DNA of 64,000 bases, taken from the NCBI GenBank assembly GCA_963624185.1, contig CAVFNP010000001.1:48491-112490 (forward strand). Reading direction: 5' to 3'. Origin of the DNA: Firmicutes bacterium CAG:460 (GTDB lineage: Bacteria; Bacteroidota; Bacteroidia; Bacteroidales; UBA932). Shown here in pieces: positions 33,355 to 42,644 of the stretch; within the stretch, counting starts at the first letter, position 1, and every line of letters starts with the position of its first letter. The notes under the pieces are model-generated. The model saw only the letters and a list, made by a program, of their open reading frames with translations, was not told the origin of the DNA and ran no database searches. A program made the translations under genes and the position numbers.

Positions 33355-36300
33355 TTACTCGACAGACAGTTTCTTGTAGTTGTTGTAACGGATCTTGGCA
33401 AATTCCTCTGTCTTCTCGAGCAGCTCCTGAGCCCTTTCAGGGTAGAGCTTGGTGAGAGAAGAGAAACGAACCTCGCCTTTGAGGAAGTCCTGGAACTTGG
33501 TCCAGTCAGGCTCCTTGCTGTCGAGGCTGAACGCCTTCTTGCCTTGCTCTTCGAGAGCAGGGTTGTAGCGGTACAGATGCCAATAGCCACACTCCACAGC
33601 GAGTTTCTCCTCTTTCTGGCTGAGTCCCATGCCGGCCTTGAGTCCGTGGTTGATACAAGGAGCATAAGCGATGATGAGCGATGGTCCGTCATATGCTTCA
33701 GCCTCCTTGATGGCGTTCATATACTGAACAGGGCTTGCACCCATAGCCACCTGTGCGACATAAACATATCCGTAGCTCATAGCCATCATTCCAAGGTCTT
33801 TCTTGCGGATCTTCTTGCCGCTTGCCGCGAATTTGGCGATAGCTCCCGCCGGTGTAGCCTTGGATGACTGTCCTCCGGTGTTTGAGTAAACCTCCGTGTC
33901 AAGTACGAGGATATTGACGTTCTCGCCTGATGCCAGAACGTGATCAAGTCCACCATAACCTATATCGTAAGAAGCACCGTCTCCACCGATAATCCACTGG
34001 CTGCGAGCCGGGATATACTGCTTGAGCGCGAGTATGCTCTTGCAGATGTCACATCCGCACTCCTCCATAAGAGGGACGAGCTTGTCTGAAATCTCACGTG
34101 TTGCAGTGTAATTTGACTTGTGGTCAAGCCATTTCTGGAAGAGAGTCTTGATTTCAGCTGAGCAGCACTCGCACTCCAGTCCCTGCTTCATAAGTGAAGC
34201 GATGGTTTCGCGCTTACGCTCTGATCCGAGTCTCATACCGAGACCGAATTCGCAGAAGTCTTCGAACAGAGAGTTCTGCCAAGCAGGACCGTGTCCCTTT
34301 TCGTTGGTGCAGTAAGGGCTTGCAGGGAACGATGCTCCGTAGATTGAAGAACATCCGGTAGCATTGGCTATCATCATATGGTCACCATAAAGCTGGGTGA
34401 TGTTCTTGATGTAAGGTGTCTCACCGCATCCGGCGCAAGCGCCACTGAATTCGAAGAGCGGCTGAGCGAATTGAGCGCTCTTCATATTGGCCTTAGGGTC
34501 AAGCACTTTTTTGTAGCCAACTTTAGTGTTGAGGTAATCGTAATTGGCCTGCTCTGCGGTGTTGTCTATGTAAGGTTCCATTACGAGAGCCTTCTCTTTG
34601 GCCATACATACGTCTACGCAGTTACCGCAACCGGTACAGTCAGCAACTGACACTGAGAGGGCGTATTTGTAATCTTTCAGATTAGCCTTGCCGTCTGCAT
34701 ATTTGAGTCCGGCAGGAACGTTGGCTGCCTCTTCTTCGGTAAGAAGGAAAGGACGGATGGCAGCGTGAGGGCAGACAAATACACAGCTGTTGCACTGGAT
34801 ACACTTGTCAGCCTCCCATACAGGCACGTTCACGGCCACTCCACGTTTTTCATAAGCGGCTGTTCCGTTAGGCATGGTACCGTCCATATATGGAACGAAA
34901 GCGCTTACCGGAAGTGAATCGCCCTCCTGAGAGTTGACTTTATCCGCGATCTCCTTGACGAATGCCGGAGCCAGACGCTCTGCGTTGTGGTTGACGAATT
35001 TAGCTGAGATATCAGCCCATTCGGCAGGTACTTCCACAGTATGGAATTCACCGCCGCGGTCGATGGCAGCATAGTTCATGTTAACCACGTTCTCGCCCTT
35101 TTTACCGTAGCTCTTCAGTGCTGCAGCTTTCATATAAGAAACTGCGTCAGCGACAGGGATTATGCCTGTGATTCTAAAGAATGCACTCTGAAGGATGGTG
35201 TTGGTTCTTCCTCCAAGTCCTATCTCCGCGGCAATCTTGGTGGCGTTGATGATATAGAACTTGATATGTTTGCGTCCGATGACGGCCTTTACGTGATCAG
35301 GAAGTCTTTCGATGGTCTCTTTCTCGTCCCAGAGAGAGTTGAGAAGGAATGAGCCGCCGTCCTTGATGCCTTTGAGTACGTCGTATTTTTCCAGGTATGA
35401 AGGAACGTGGCAAGCTACGAAGTCAGGGGTGTTGACCAGATAAGGTGCGTGTATAGGCTTCTCACCGAAACGAAGGTGTGAGCAAGTGTATCCGCCGGAT
35501 TTCTTGGAATCGTAGTCGAAGTAAGCCTGGCTGTAGAGGTCGGTGTGTGAACCGATGATCTTGATGGTGTTCTTGTTTGCACCTACGGTACCGTCGGATC
35601 CGAGTCCGTAGAATTTGCATTCGGTGGTGCCGGGTTTGACGATACTTACCTCACTCTTTATAGGAAGACTCTTGAATGTTACGTCATCCACTATGCCTAT
35701 GGTGAAGTCGTTTTTCGGCTCTTTCTGCTCGAGGTTGTCGAATACTGCTATGATCTGTGCAGGTGTAGTGTCCTTGCTTGAAAGACCATAACGTCCGCCT
35801 ATGATAAGAGGAGCATTGGCCTCACCCTGGAATACGGTCTTAATATCGAGGTAAAGAGGTTCTCCAAGTGAGCCAGGCTCTTTTGTGCGGTCGAGCACAG
35901 CGATCTTCTTGACGCTCTTAGGAAGAACTTTGAGGAGGTATTTCGTGCTGAAAGGACGATAGAGGTGAACAGAGATGACGCCGTATTTGCGTCCGCGTTC
36001 GCGGAGGTAGTCGATAGTCTCGCAGATGGTCTCGGTAACTGAGCCCATGGCGATGATGATATTCTCTGCGTCCGGAGCACCGTAATAGTCGAACGGACGG
36101 TATTGTCTTCCGGAGATTTCTCCGATCTCGCCCATATAGCGTGCCACTATGTCTGGAACGGCTTCATAAGCCTGATTTCTGGACTCTACGGCCTGGAAAT
36201 AAACATCTCCGTTCTGAGCTGTACCGCGTGTTACGGGAGCCTCCGGATTGAGGGCGCGGTCGCGGAAATTCTGAAGCGCCTTTTCGCTTACAAGTCCCTT

Positions 36301-36879
36301 GAGGTCTTCCTCATCGAGCAGTTCGATTTTCTGAATCTCGTGCGATGTCCTGAATCCGTCGAAGAAGTGAAGGAAAGGAATGCTGCTCTTGATGGTCGAG
36401 AGGTGTGCTACGGCAGCCATGTCCTGTGCTTCCTGAACTGATCCGGAAGCCAGAAGCGCGAATCCCGTCTGACGGCATGCCATAACGTCCTGATGATCTC
36501 CGAAGATGGAGAGGGCGTGGCTGGCAAGTGCACGTGCGGATACGTGGAATACTGTAGGAAGCATCTCACCTGCAATCTTGTACATATTTGGAATCATCAG
36601 AAGCAGACCCTGGGAAGCGGTGAAAGTGCTGGTAAGAGCACCTGCCTGAAGAGATCCGTGAACGGCACCGGCGGCACCTGCTTCACTCTGCATCTCGGTA
36701 ACCTTTACGGTCTCGCCCCAAAGGTTCTTCTTTCCTGCAGCTGACCACTCGTCCACGTTTTCTGCCATCGTGGATGATGGTGTGATAGGGTAGATGGCTG
36801 CATTCTCGCTGAAAAGGTAGGCGATGTTGCTGGCAGCCTGATTACCATCACAGGTAATGAATTTCTTTTCTTTTGACAT
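33355..36879 (-). CDS. nifJ: Pyruvate:ferredoxin (flavodoxin) oxidoreductase
   Basis: 1174 aa starting MSKEKKFITCDGNQAASNIAY. It has two ferredoxin-type clusters (CIQCNSCVFVCPHAAIRP and CTGCGNCVDVCMAKE) and the TPP-binding block GGDGASYDIGYGGLDHV. Confidence 0.95.
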   Translation of the reverse strand: MSKEKKFITCDGNQAASNIAYLFSENAAIYPITPSSTMAENVDEWSAAGKKNLWGETVKVTEMQSEAGAAGAVHGSLQAGALTSTFTASQGLLLMIPNMYKIAGEMLPTVFHVSARALASHALSIFGDHQDVMACRQTGFALLASGSVQEAQDMAAVAHLSTIKSSIPFLHFFDGFRTSHEIQKIELLDEEDLKGLVSEKALQNFRDRALNPEAPVTRGTAQNGDVYFQAVESRNQAYEAVPDIVARYMGEIGEISGRQYRPFDYYGAPDAENIIIAMGSVTETICETIDYLRERGRKYGVISVHLYRPFSTKYLLKVLPKSVKKIAVLDRTKEPGSLGEPLYLDIKTVFQGEANAPLIIGGRYGLSSKDTTPAQIIAVFDNLEQKEPKNDFTIGIVDDVTFKSLPIKSEVSIVKPGTTECKFYGLGSDGTVGANKNTIKIIGSHTDLYSQAYFDYDSKKSGGYTCSHLRFGEKPIHAPYLVNTPDFVACHVPSYLEKYDVLKGIKDGGSFLLNSLWDEKETIERLPDHVKAVIGRKHIKFYIINATKIAAEIGLGGRTNTILQSAFFRITGIIPVADAVSYMKAAALKSYGKKGENVVNMNYAAIDRGGEFHTVEVPAEWADISAKFVNHNAERLAPAFVKEIADKVNSQEGDSLPVSAFVPYMDGTMPNGTAAYEKRGVAVNVPVWEADKCIQCNSCVFVCPHAAIRPFLLTEEEAANVPAGLKYADGKANLKDYKYALSVSVADCTGCGNCVDVCMAKEKALVMEPYIDNTAEQANYDYLNTKVGYKKVLDPKANMKSAQFAQPLFEFSGACAGCGETPYIKNITQLYGDHMMIANATGCSSIYGASFPASPYCTNEKGHGPAWQNSLFEDFCEFGLGMRLGSERKRETIASLMKQGLECECCSAEIKTLFQKWLDHKSNYTATREISDKLVPLMEECGCDICKSILALKQYIPARSQWIIGGDGASYDIGYGGLDHVLASGENVNILVLDTEVYSNTGGQSSKATPAGAIAKFAASGKKIRKKDLGMMAMSYGYVYVAQVAMGASPVQYMNAIKEAEAYDGPSLIIAYAPCINHGLKAGMGLSQKEEKLAVECGYWHLYRYNPALEEQGKKAFSLDSKEPDWTKFQDFLKGEVRFSSLTKLYPERAQELLEKTEEFAKIRYNNYKKLSVE

Positions 36880-36901
36880 AGTGTTGTGTTATGTATTAAA
36901 T

Positions 36902-37798
36902 TTATTGAATTCCGTTTATTATAAGGTCTGCTCCGCCTGTTCTGGAGACAAGTCCCTGAAGAACCTTGCCCGGCCCGAACTCGGTAAACTCGAGCGCTCC
37001 GTCCTTGATCATGTTCTGCACGCTTTCTGTCCATCTTACAGGGCTGGTGAGCTGACAGAGAAGATTCTCCTTGATTCTTTCCGGTTCCGTTTCCGCCTTC
37101 GCGCTTACATTCTGATAGATAGGGCATTGCGGTTTATGGAATGTGCATTGCTCTATGGCCTTGGCCAATTCTTCCCTCGCATCTGTCATGAGAGGGGAGT
37201 GGAAAGCTCCGCTTACAGGCAGGGGAAGCGCTCTTTTTGCGCCGCGCTCCTTAAGGACATCGCAGGCTTTCAATATAGCTTCCTGTCCTCCGGAAATCAC
37301 GATCTGCCCCGGGCAGTTATAATTGGCAGCGACCAGCGGCGTATGTGCTTCGTCGCTTATCTCTTTGCATACTTGTTCTATGACATCGCTCTCAAGGCCA
37401 ATTATGGCGGCCATACCTCCCGGGTGACTTTCGCAGCATTTCTGCATGGCCTCTGCGCGTGCGGCGACGAGCCTTATTCCGTCTTCAAGGCTGAGGGCGT
37501 GACAGGCCACCAGCGCGGAAAGCTCTCCAAGAGAGTGTCCTGCCACCATATTCGGAGCCGGAGCGTCAAAACTGAGCTCTGCGGCGAGTGAGTGTATGAA
37601 CACTGCGCTCTGCGTCACTTTTGTCTGTTTGAGTTGCTCGGCAGTACCCTCGAACATAATGTCCGTGAGGCGGAATCCGAGGATTTCGTCTGATTTTTCC
37701 ATTACGGAGCGGGCTATGGGATTGTTCTCGTAGAGAGCTTTGCCCATCCCTGTGAACTGTGAGCCTTGGCCCGGAAAAACGTATGCTTTTTTGCTCAT
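36902..37798 (-). CDS. fabD: Malonyl-CoA:ACP transacylase
   Basis: From the ATG at 37798: MSKKAYVFPGQGSQFTGMG. It has the active-site GHSLGE and the downstream SGAFHSPLM. Confidence 0.9.
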   Translation of the reverse strand: MSKKAYVFPGQGSQFTGMGKALYENNPIARSVMEKSDEILGFRLTDIMFEGTAEQLKQTKVTQSAVFIHSLAAELSFDAPAPNMVAGHSLGELSALVACHALSLEDGIRLVAARAEAMQKCCESHPGGMAAIIGLESDVIEQVCKEISDEAHTPLVAANYNCPGQIVISGGQEAILKACDVLKERGAKRALPLPVSGAFHSPLMTDAREELAKAIEQCTFHKPQCPIYQNVSAKAETEPERIKENLLCQLTSPVRWTESVQNMIKDGALEFTEFGPGKVLQGLVSRTGGADLIINGIQ

Positions 37799-37816
37799 TG
37801 GTGTATAGTGGATAAA

Positions 37817-37844
37817 ACCGAGCAAATTTACTAAATTTCTCGGT
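37817..37844 (-). terminator. Rho-independent terminator after the lipoprotein gene, overlapping the fabD -7 box (TAAATTTG, 37823-37830)
   Basis: The minus strand reads ACCGAGAAATTTagtAAATTTGCTCGGTtttat: a ~12-bp stem with one mismatch and a short T tract. TAAATTTG within the 3' arm matches TAnnTTTG about 25 nt upstream of the fabD ATG. Confidence 0.5.
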
Positions 37845-37869
37845 CTAATCCTATATTATTTCTTAGCGC

Positions 37870-39129
37870 TTACTGAAAAACGACATTGTCCACGATGAAA
37901 TCGTAGTGCCCCTTGCTCGGGTAGCCGCTCGCCGGGTCAAGTTCTATTTTAATCTTGGCATTGTGAGGCGTGCCGGCGTCGAGGATGTAGCGGAAATCCT
38001 GTGTGGTTTCCCTCTGTGAGTATTGTGAAAGCGCTATCTGCTGCGGATTTTTCCATTCGTTGGAGCCGAACTCGCAATATGAGACTGTCGCTTTTACCCA
38101 GAACTCGCTTATCCAATATTGGAAATCCACCTCAGAGAGATTCTCTATGAAGTATTCCATCTTCAGATGTCCGAACTGCTCCTGATAGTAATCCTCCTCT
38201 TCCTGATAGATGCGTAGTTGTGCGCTTTGGCTGCCTTCTATAGGGTTCTGCCACGAGAATGAACCATACCATGTACTCCACTGAAGGTTATCTCTTCCTG
38301 CCGTAATGCCGTACTTGTAATAAGACGGCTTGTCCGTGGTGGGGAATCCCTTTTCAAAATTTTCCGTAAATGGAAGGCTGACCCGGACAAGCGGACCGTA
38401 TTCCTCTGGCGCCGAATAAAAGTCTTCTTCGACGAAGCCCCCTTTGTAAGTGACTTTTATGCTGTTAAGTTCCCATCTGAGATCTGCGGACGTGGCCATG
38501 CAGTAGATCTTTACTTCGCTATATTCGCCCTCCACTGTAAATGTGCCTCCGGCCTGAACTTCCTGTGCCTCGCTTTTGGCGGCTTTGCCGTTAACGGAAT
38601 ATGCCAATAAGGTCTTCCCCGCGCTGCCTGCTTCCACTTTCTGCAGGCTCGCTCCGTTGAATGCCCGGATACGGATATATGAGCCGCCTTTTTTCTCACT
38701 TGACCCTTGATAGAAGCGTATGTGATAGTCCGATGTTATCATAGGCCAGGAGGTGCCTTCGCCTTGGGAGCAGACGTAATCGATATTGCCGAATTCGTCG
38801 AGATAGTCTTGAAGGTTGCTGTAGAATTCGGTGCAGCTGACTTCGTGTATGGCGTCCGGCTGACTTGGCGTGGGTTTATTTTCCGAAGGCTGCCTGCCGG
38901 GGTCCAGGACTTCTACCGTTATCGTATCATCGCCTTTGTCCGGATCATCAGGGTCCGGAGTGTCGGGGTCATCAGGGTCAGGTTTGTCCGGTTCGTCCGG
39001 GTCCGGTGTGTCCGGATCAATCGGGGCCTCCTTGTCAGGGTTTTTCGGATCTTCCGGCGTGCCTGTGGATTCGGGTGTGCAGGCCCAGATGGAAAGAATG
39101 CAGAGGATGAAATATAAGCTTCTTTTCAT
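37870..39129 (-). CDS. Lipoprotein with a Pro/Asp-rich linker and a CBM-like C-terminal region; unknown function
   Basis: 419 aa with lipoprotein signal MKRSLYFILCILSIWAC. This is followed by PEDPKNPDKEAPIDPDTPDPDEPDKPDPDDPDTPDPDDPDKGDD. Its start overlaps the upstream gene stop by 4 nt. Confidence 0.6.
   Translation of the reverse strand: MKRSLYFILCILSIWACTPESTGTPEDPKNPDKEAPIDPDTPDPDEPDKPDPDDPDTPDPDDPDKGDDTITVEVLDPGRQPSENKPTPSQPDAIHEVSCTEFYSNLQDYLDEFGNIDYVCSQGEGTSWPMITSDYHIRFYQGSSEKKGGSYIRIRAFNGASLQKVEAGSAGKTLLAYSVNGKAAKSEAQEVQAGGTFTVEGEYSEVKIYCMATSADLRWELNSIKVTYKGGFVEEDFYSAPEEYGPLVRVSLPFTENFEKGFPTTDKPSYYKYGITAGRDNLQWSTWYGSFSWQNPIEGSQSAQLRIYQEEEDYYQEQFGHLKMEYFIENLSEVDFQYWISEFWVKATVSYCEFGSNEWKNPQQIALSQYSQRETTQDFRYILDAGTPHNAKIKIELDPASGYPSKGHYDFIVDNVVFQ
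38926..39057 (-). repeat. Low-complexity coding repeat (PD/PDP units) forming a Pro/Asp-rich linker
   Basis: Reiterated ccggatc/ccgggtc-type units encode residues 25-68 of the lipoprotein. The opposite strand yields spurious Gly/Ser/Arg-rich ORFs. Confidence 0.7.
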
Positions 39130-39536
39130 TTCAATATGTCGTCAATCAATGAGAATAGTTCTTCTTTTGAACTGTATGTGTGTATGCTGAAATATTTGTC
39201 CCCGGAAAGCATAGCGGAAAGATGGGCGCGCGACGGGTCGTAGAAGATGTGGCAAGGTTTGCCCAAAGCCTCGGCGTATGCCAGTTCATATCCCACTCCA
39301 AGGGATGGCGTGGAGCATTCCGCTATCACCAGGTCGCATTCCTTAAGAAAGCCTGTGTCTTGAAGGTAGATGTCCTCGTCGCTTTGATCTTTCTCGAGTA
39401 TGTCCAGCTGGGCGCTGCCTATGTGCTCTGTAAGCACTGTGTTCGTTTTTTGAATGTGTCTGATAAGCTCTTCATAAAGGGCGGCATCGTTTCGTCCGCC
39501 GCGGATGGAGCCTGAAAAGTATATTTTTCTGTTCAT
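39126..39536 (-). CDS. Nucleoside 2-deoxyribosyltransferase-like protein (DNPH1/Rcl-type 2'-deoxynucleoside 5'-phosphate N-hydrolase candidate)
   Basis: 136 aa with KIYFSGSIRGGRNDAALYEELI...TEHIG...ECSTPSLGVGYELAYAE, the pattern of DNPH1-like enzymes. Confidence 0.7.
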   Translation of the reverse strand: MNRKIYFSGSIRGGRNDAALYEELIRHIQKTNTVLTEHIGSAQLDILEKDQSDEDIYLQDTGFLKECDLVIAECSTPSLGVGYELAYAEALGKPCHIFYDPSRAHLSAMLSGDKYFSIHTYSSKEELFSLIDDILK

Positions 39537-39557
39537 TGTGTGAAATGTTATTACGTT

Positions 39558-40316
39558 TTATGCGAAGTCGATTAGAATCATAGTCAGGAAACCGAGCAGA
39601 AGTGCGTAGGTCGCCTGTTTTTCATAGCCGTGGGCGTGCGTCTCGGGAATCATCTCGTCCGATGTGACATAAAGCATGGCTCCTCCGGCAAATGCGAGCA
39701 TAGGCGGAAGCAGCGTCTGCGAGATGGAGCCCATGGCATATCCGAGCCATACTCCGGCTATCTCCAGAAGGCCAATGGCAAGGGAAATCACCAGAGTGCG
39801 CATTTTGGACACTCCGGCGAGAAGAAGCGGAGCGATTATCACCATACCCTCCGGGATATTCTGTATGGCTATGCCAATTGAGACGCCAAAATCGGCCGCA
39901 GCCTGCGCAGTCGTATTCATACTGACACCGGCAGCCACGCCTTCAGGCAATTTATGAATGGCTATGGCCATTACGAAAAGCAGAACATGGTTCAGATGGC
40001 TGTTGTTCCTGTGCTGTTCGGCATCGAGTCCGGTTATTTTGTGAAGATGCGGAGTAAGCAGGTCCAGCACGTTCAGAAACAGGGCGCCGACCATTACGGC
40101 CACGCACACGGCCGCTTTCATCCATCCTCCGTCGCACAGTTCGAAGGCCGGAACTATAAGTCCGAGCGCCGAAGCCGAAAGCATCACGCCGGCGCAATAG
40201 CCCAGGATGATGTCATTCCATTTGTGAGGAAGACCTTTGAAGAAAAAGCCTATGAGTGATCCTATCAGTGTCGCGCCGCACAGTCCGAGCGCGCTTATCC
40301 ATACTTGTGAAAACAT
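39558..40316 (-). CDS. ZIP-family divalent metal transporter (ZupT-like)
   Basis: Multi-TM protein with HKLPEGVAAGV and IAIQNIPEGM motifs. I prefer the ATG at 40316 over the TTG at 40325. Confidence 0.85.
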   Translation of the reverse strand: MFSQVWISALGLCGATLIGSLIGFFFKGLPHKWNDIILGYCAGVMLSASALGLIVPAFELCDGGWMKAAVCVAVMVGALFLNVLDLLTPHLHKITGLDAEQHRNNSHLNHVLLFVMAIAIHKLPEGVAAGVSMNTTAQAAADFGVSIGIAIQNIPEGMVIIAPLLLAGVSKMRTLVISLAIGLLEIAGVWLGYAMGSISQTLLPPMLAFAGGAMLYVTSDEMIPETHAHGYEKQATYALLLGFLTMILIDFA

Positions 40317-40593
40317 ACGATGCAAAGATAAGTAATCGTTAAAAAAATAACTTGGTGATCTTTGATTGTTTTTTTTGGTCTATATTACTTTTTTCATCAG
40401 TCGTGTACATCCAGTACACTCCATCTTTAAAAATCAATCTATACTCAAAAATCCTTCGCAAATCTTTACCAACTTATTCTTTACCGCTTACTAAAAACTT
40501 TCACTCCCGATTTTACTTTTGCCTTTTTGCCGGGTATATATAGTTGAAATAAGCCATATATTTATAGACTTGTTTTAGACGTTTAGCGGACAG

Positions 40594-41124
40594 ATGAATG
40601 AGAAGAACATATTAAGACAGCTTGACCGGAACATTCAGCGGGGATTTCGTTCGCTCGTGAAAGAGTACGGGAAGCCCCTCTATTGGCATATACGAAGAAT
40701 TACCGTGAATGCCGAAGATGCCCGCGATGCCACTCAGGAGACATTCATCAGGGTCTTTCGCTCGCTGGGGCAGTTTGATCGCAGCCTTTCGTTTACGGCC
40801 TGGCTTTATCGGATAGCGACCAACGAGGCTCTCCGAATTGTGGAAAAGCGGCACCCGAGCGTAGATGTTGACGGCAATGCCGAGGCCCTTTCAATGCTTG
40901 CCGATGAATATGTCGATCTCTCGGACAGTGCGGCTGTCAATCTTCAGAAGGCTATACTTTCGCTACCTCGAAAACAGAGGATGACGTTCACTTTACGTTA
41001 TTATGATTCGTTGAGTTTCAGTGAAATAGCTGAGATAACCGACACGACTGCCGATGGGGCGAAAGCCAATTGGCATAATGCAAAGATAAAGGTTACAAAT
41101 TATCTGAAAGAAAATGTTGGATAA
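40594..41124 (+). CDS. ECF-type RNA polymerase sigma-70 factor
   Basis: 176 aa. Region 2 reads DARDATQETFIRVFRSL...WLYRIATNEAL. Region 4 reads LPRKQRMTFTLRYYDSLSFSEIAEITDTT. Confidence 0.85.
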   Translation: MNEKNILRQLDRNIQRGFRSLVKEYGKPLYWHIRRITVNAEDARDATQETFIRVFRSLGQFDRSLSFTAWLYRIATNEALRIVEKRHPSVDVDGNAEALSMLADEYVDLSDSAAVNLQKAILSLPRKQRMTFTLRYYDSLSFSEIAEITDTTADGAKANWHNAKIKVTNYLKENVG

Positions 41125-41440
41125 GGATTTTAATGTTCCGGGCATAGGAAAGAGAATGCCCTACAGGACTCCGGATGGAATGTTCGACGCTATGGAAAGA
41201 AATGTTCTTTCCGCTGTGGGATGTAAGAAAGGCACGCACAGAGGGTGGCGTACGTTCGGCTTCACACTTGCCGCCGTGGCTTCATTGGCCATTATAGTGA
41301 TATTCGCATGGGACAGAGGACCGTCGCAGACGGATTCGTTTGCCAGTGTGAGGAAGGCTTATGAAATGTTGGATGATGCTGACAGGGCGTTTCTTTCGGA
41401 GATATATGATGAGGATATGTATATCAATATAAATTATTAA
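41114..41440 (+). CDS. Single-pass membrane protein, candidate anti-sigma factor
   Basis: 108 aa, overlapping the sigma gene end by 11 nt. It has one TM segment (FGFTLAAVASLAIIVIFAW). The call rests on position only. Confidence 0.45.
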   Translation: MLDKDFNVPGIGKRMPYRTPDGMFDAMERNVLSAVGCKKGTHRGWRTFGFTLAAVASLAIIVIFAWDRGPSQTDSFASVRKAYEMLDDADRAFLSEIYDEDMYININY

Positions 41441-41443
41441 GTT

Positions 41444-41908
41444 ATGGAAGCGATATTTAAAAAGGCCGTATTGGCGGCAGCGACCATCCTGATGTCTGTG
41501 ACGCTTTCCGCACAGGGACGTGCTGAACGGATCAGCCGTGAGGAATTGGCCGTTAAACAGGCGGAGCATATCTGCCGTTCTCTTGCTTTTGACGAGGCGA
41601 CCGCAGAGAAATTCAAACAGACGTATTGTCTTTATCAGGAGGAACTTTGGGCGCTTGGCCCGCGTCCGGAGAAACCGAAGCCCGGTCAACAGGACAAACC
41701 TGACGAGGAGAAGATACAGCAGCGTTTCGAGCGCAGTCAGAAGGTTCTTGACCTTCGTAAAAAATACTATGACATCTACGGTTCATTTCTTACGCAGGAA
41801 CAGATATCCCGCGTATATGAGATCGAGCGTGATATGATGCACCATCTTTCTAAGGATAAACGTCACGGACACGGTCCGGCCAAACCAAATCGTAATGCGC
41901 ATAAGTAA
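41444..41908 (+). CDS. Hypothetical periplasmic helical protein (ECF operon member)
   Basis: 154 aa with signal peptide MEAIFKKAVLAAATILMSVTLSAQG. The sequence is charged and helical with a His/Lys-rich tail. Confidence 0.45.
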   Translation: MEAIFKKAVLAAATILMSVTLSAQGRAERISREELAVKQAEHICRSLAFDEATAEKFKQTYCLYQEELWALGPRPEKPKPGQQDKPDEEKIQQRFERSQKVLDLRKKYYDIYGSFLTQEQISRVYEIERDMMHHLSKDKRHGHGPAKPNRNAHK

Positions 41909-42644
41909 ATTTTGCCTGACGCTTGTCGCTCTGTTTGTGGCGGCAGCGGGATGTTCGTCTGAAAAGGCCGGGAGCGAGCCTGATCCTGAACCGGTGCCGA
42001 GTTCGCCTCTCGACGGATTCGAAAAATATGTCTGCGGGACGCTGCAGTACAGGAAAAAAGAGATCGCAACCGGCTCTGAGTCAAAGCCAATACTTATCGT
42101 GTATCTTCACGGAGGCACATCGAAAGGGGAGGACAATGAGGCGCAACTGAAAGAGGCCGCCGTAAGCGTTATTTCGACCTATCTTTCGGACAACGTGATA
42201 CCGAGCGTGTTCGTTGTCCCTCAATGTCCCTCTTCAGACAGCTGGGGAGCGAAGATGAACGCGCCACTTGCGGAACTGATCGGAGAGTATGAGTCTTCCT
42301 GCGGGGGAGTATACGTTCTCGGCGGCTCCATGGGCGGAACGGGAACTTGGTCATTGGCCAATGCCTACCCTGAGAAATTCAGCGGAATAATGCCTGTCGC
42401 AGGGAAGCCGGGGACCGCTGTAGCGGCCAAGTTCAAGGCGATGCGCGTGTGCACGGTGATGAGCGAGTCTGACGAGGTCATGAAGACGGCTTATAATGAC
42501 GTCAAGCTCTTTTGCGATAAGATTACAGCCGCAGGCGGCACGGCATCATATACGGTGATTCCGGCATCTGAAGGATGGTCCCACGCGATGACCTGCGAGC
42601 AGTCCTACACGACGGAGCGCCTTGACTGGCTGCTGGAAAGGTGA
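41895..42644 (+). CDS. Alpha/beta-hydrolase-fold esterase lipoprotein
   Basis: Lipoprotein signal MRISKFCLTLVALFVAAAGC. It has LHGG and the nucleophile-elbow-like GGSMGG. 249 aa. Confidence 0.65.
   Translation: MRISKFCLTLVALFVAAAGCSSEKAGSEPDPEPVPSSPLDGFEKYVCGTLQYRKKEIATGSESKPILIVYLHGGTSKGEDNEAQLKEAAVSVISTYLSDNVIPSVFVVPQCPSSDSWGAKMNAPLAELIGEYESSCGGVYVLGGSMGGTGTWSLANAYPEKFSGIMPVAGKPGTAVAAKFKAMRVCTVMSESDEVMKTAYNDVKLFCDKITAAGGTASYTVIPASEGWSHAMTCEQSYTTERLDWLLER

Noticed and set aside
36857-37591. 244-aa ORF on the plus strand
   Set aside because: It lies antisense to fabD, which has GQGSQ and GHSLGE. It also overlaps the nifJ start region. I treat it as spurious.
38707-39190. Plus-strand ORFs encoding Gly/Ser/Arg/Val-rich repeats (three overlapping frames)
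   Set aside because: They are the mirror image of the Pro/Asp-rich linker coding repeat of the minus-strand lipoprotein. They are artefacts of low-complexity DNA.
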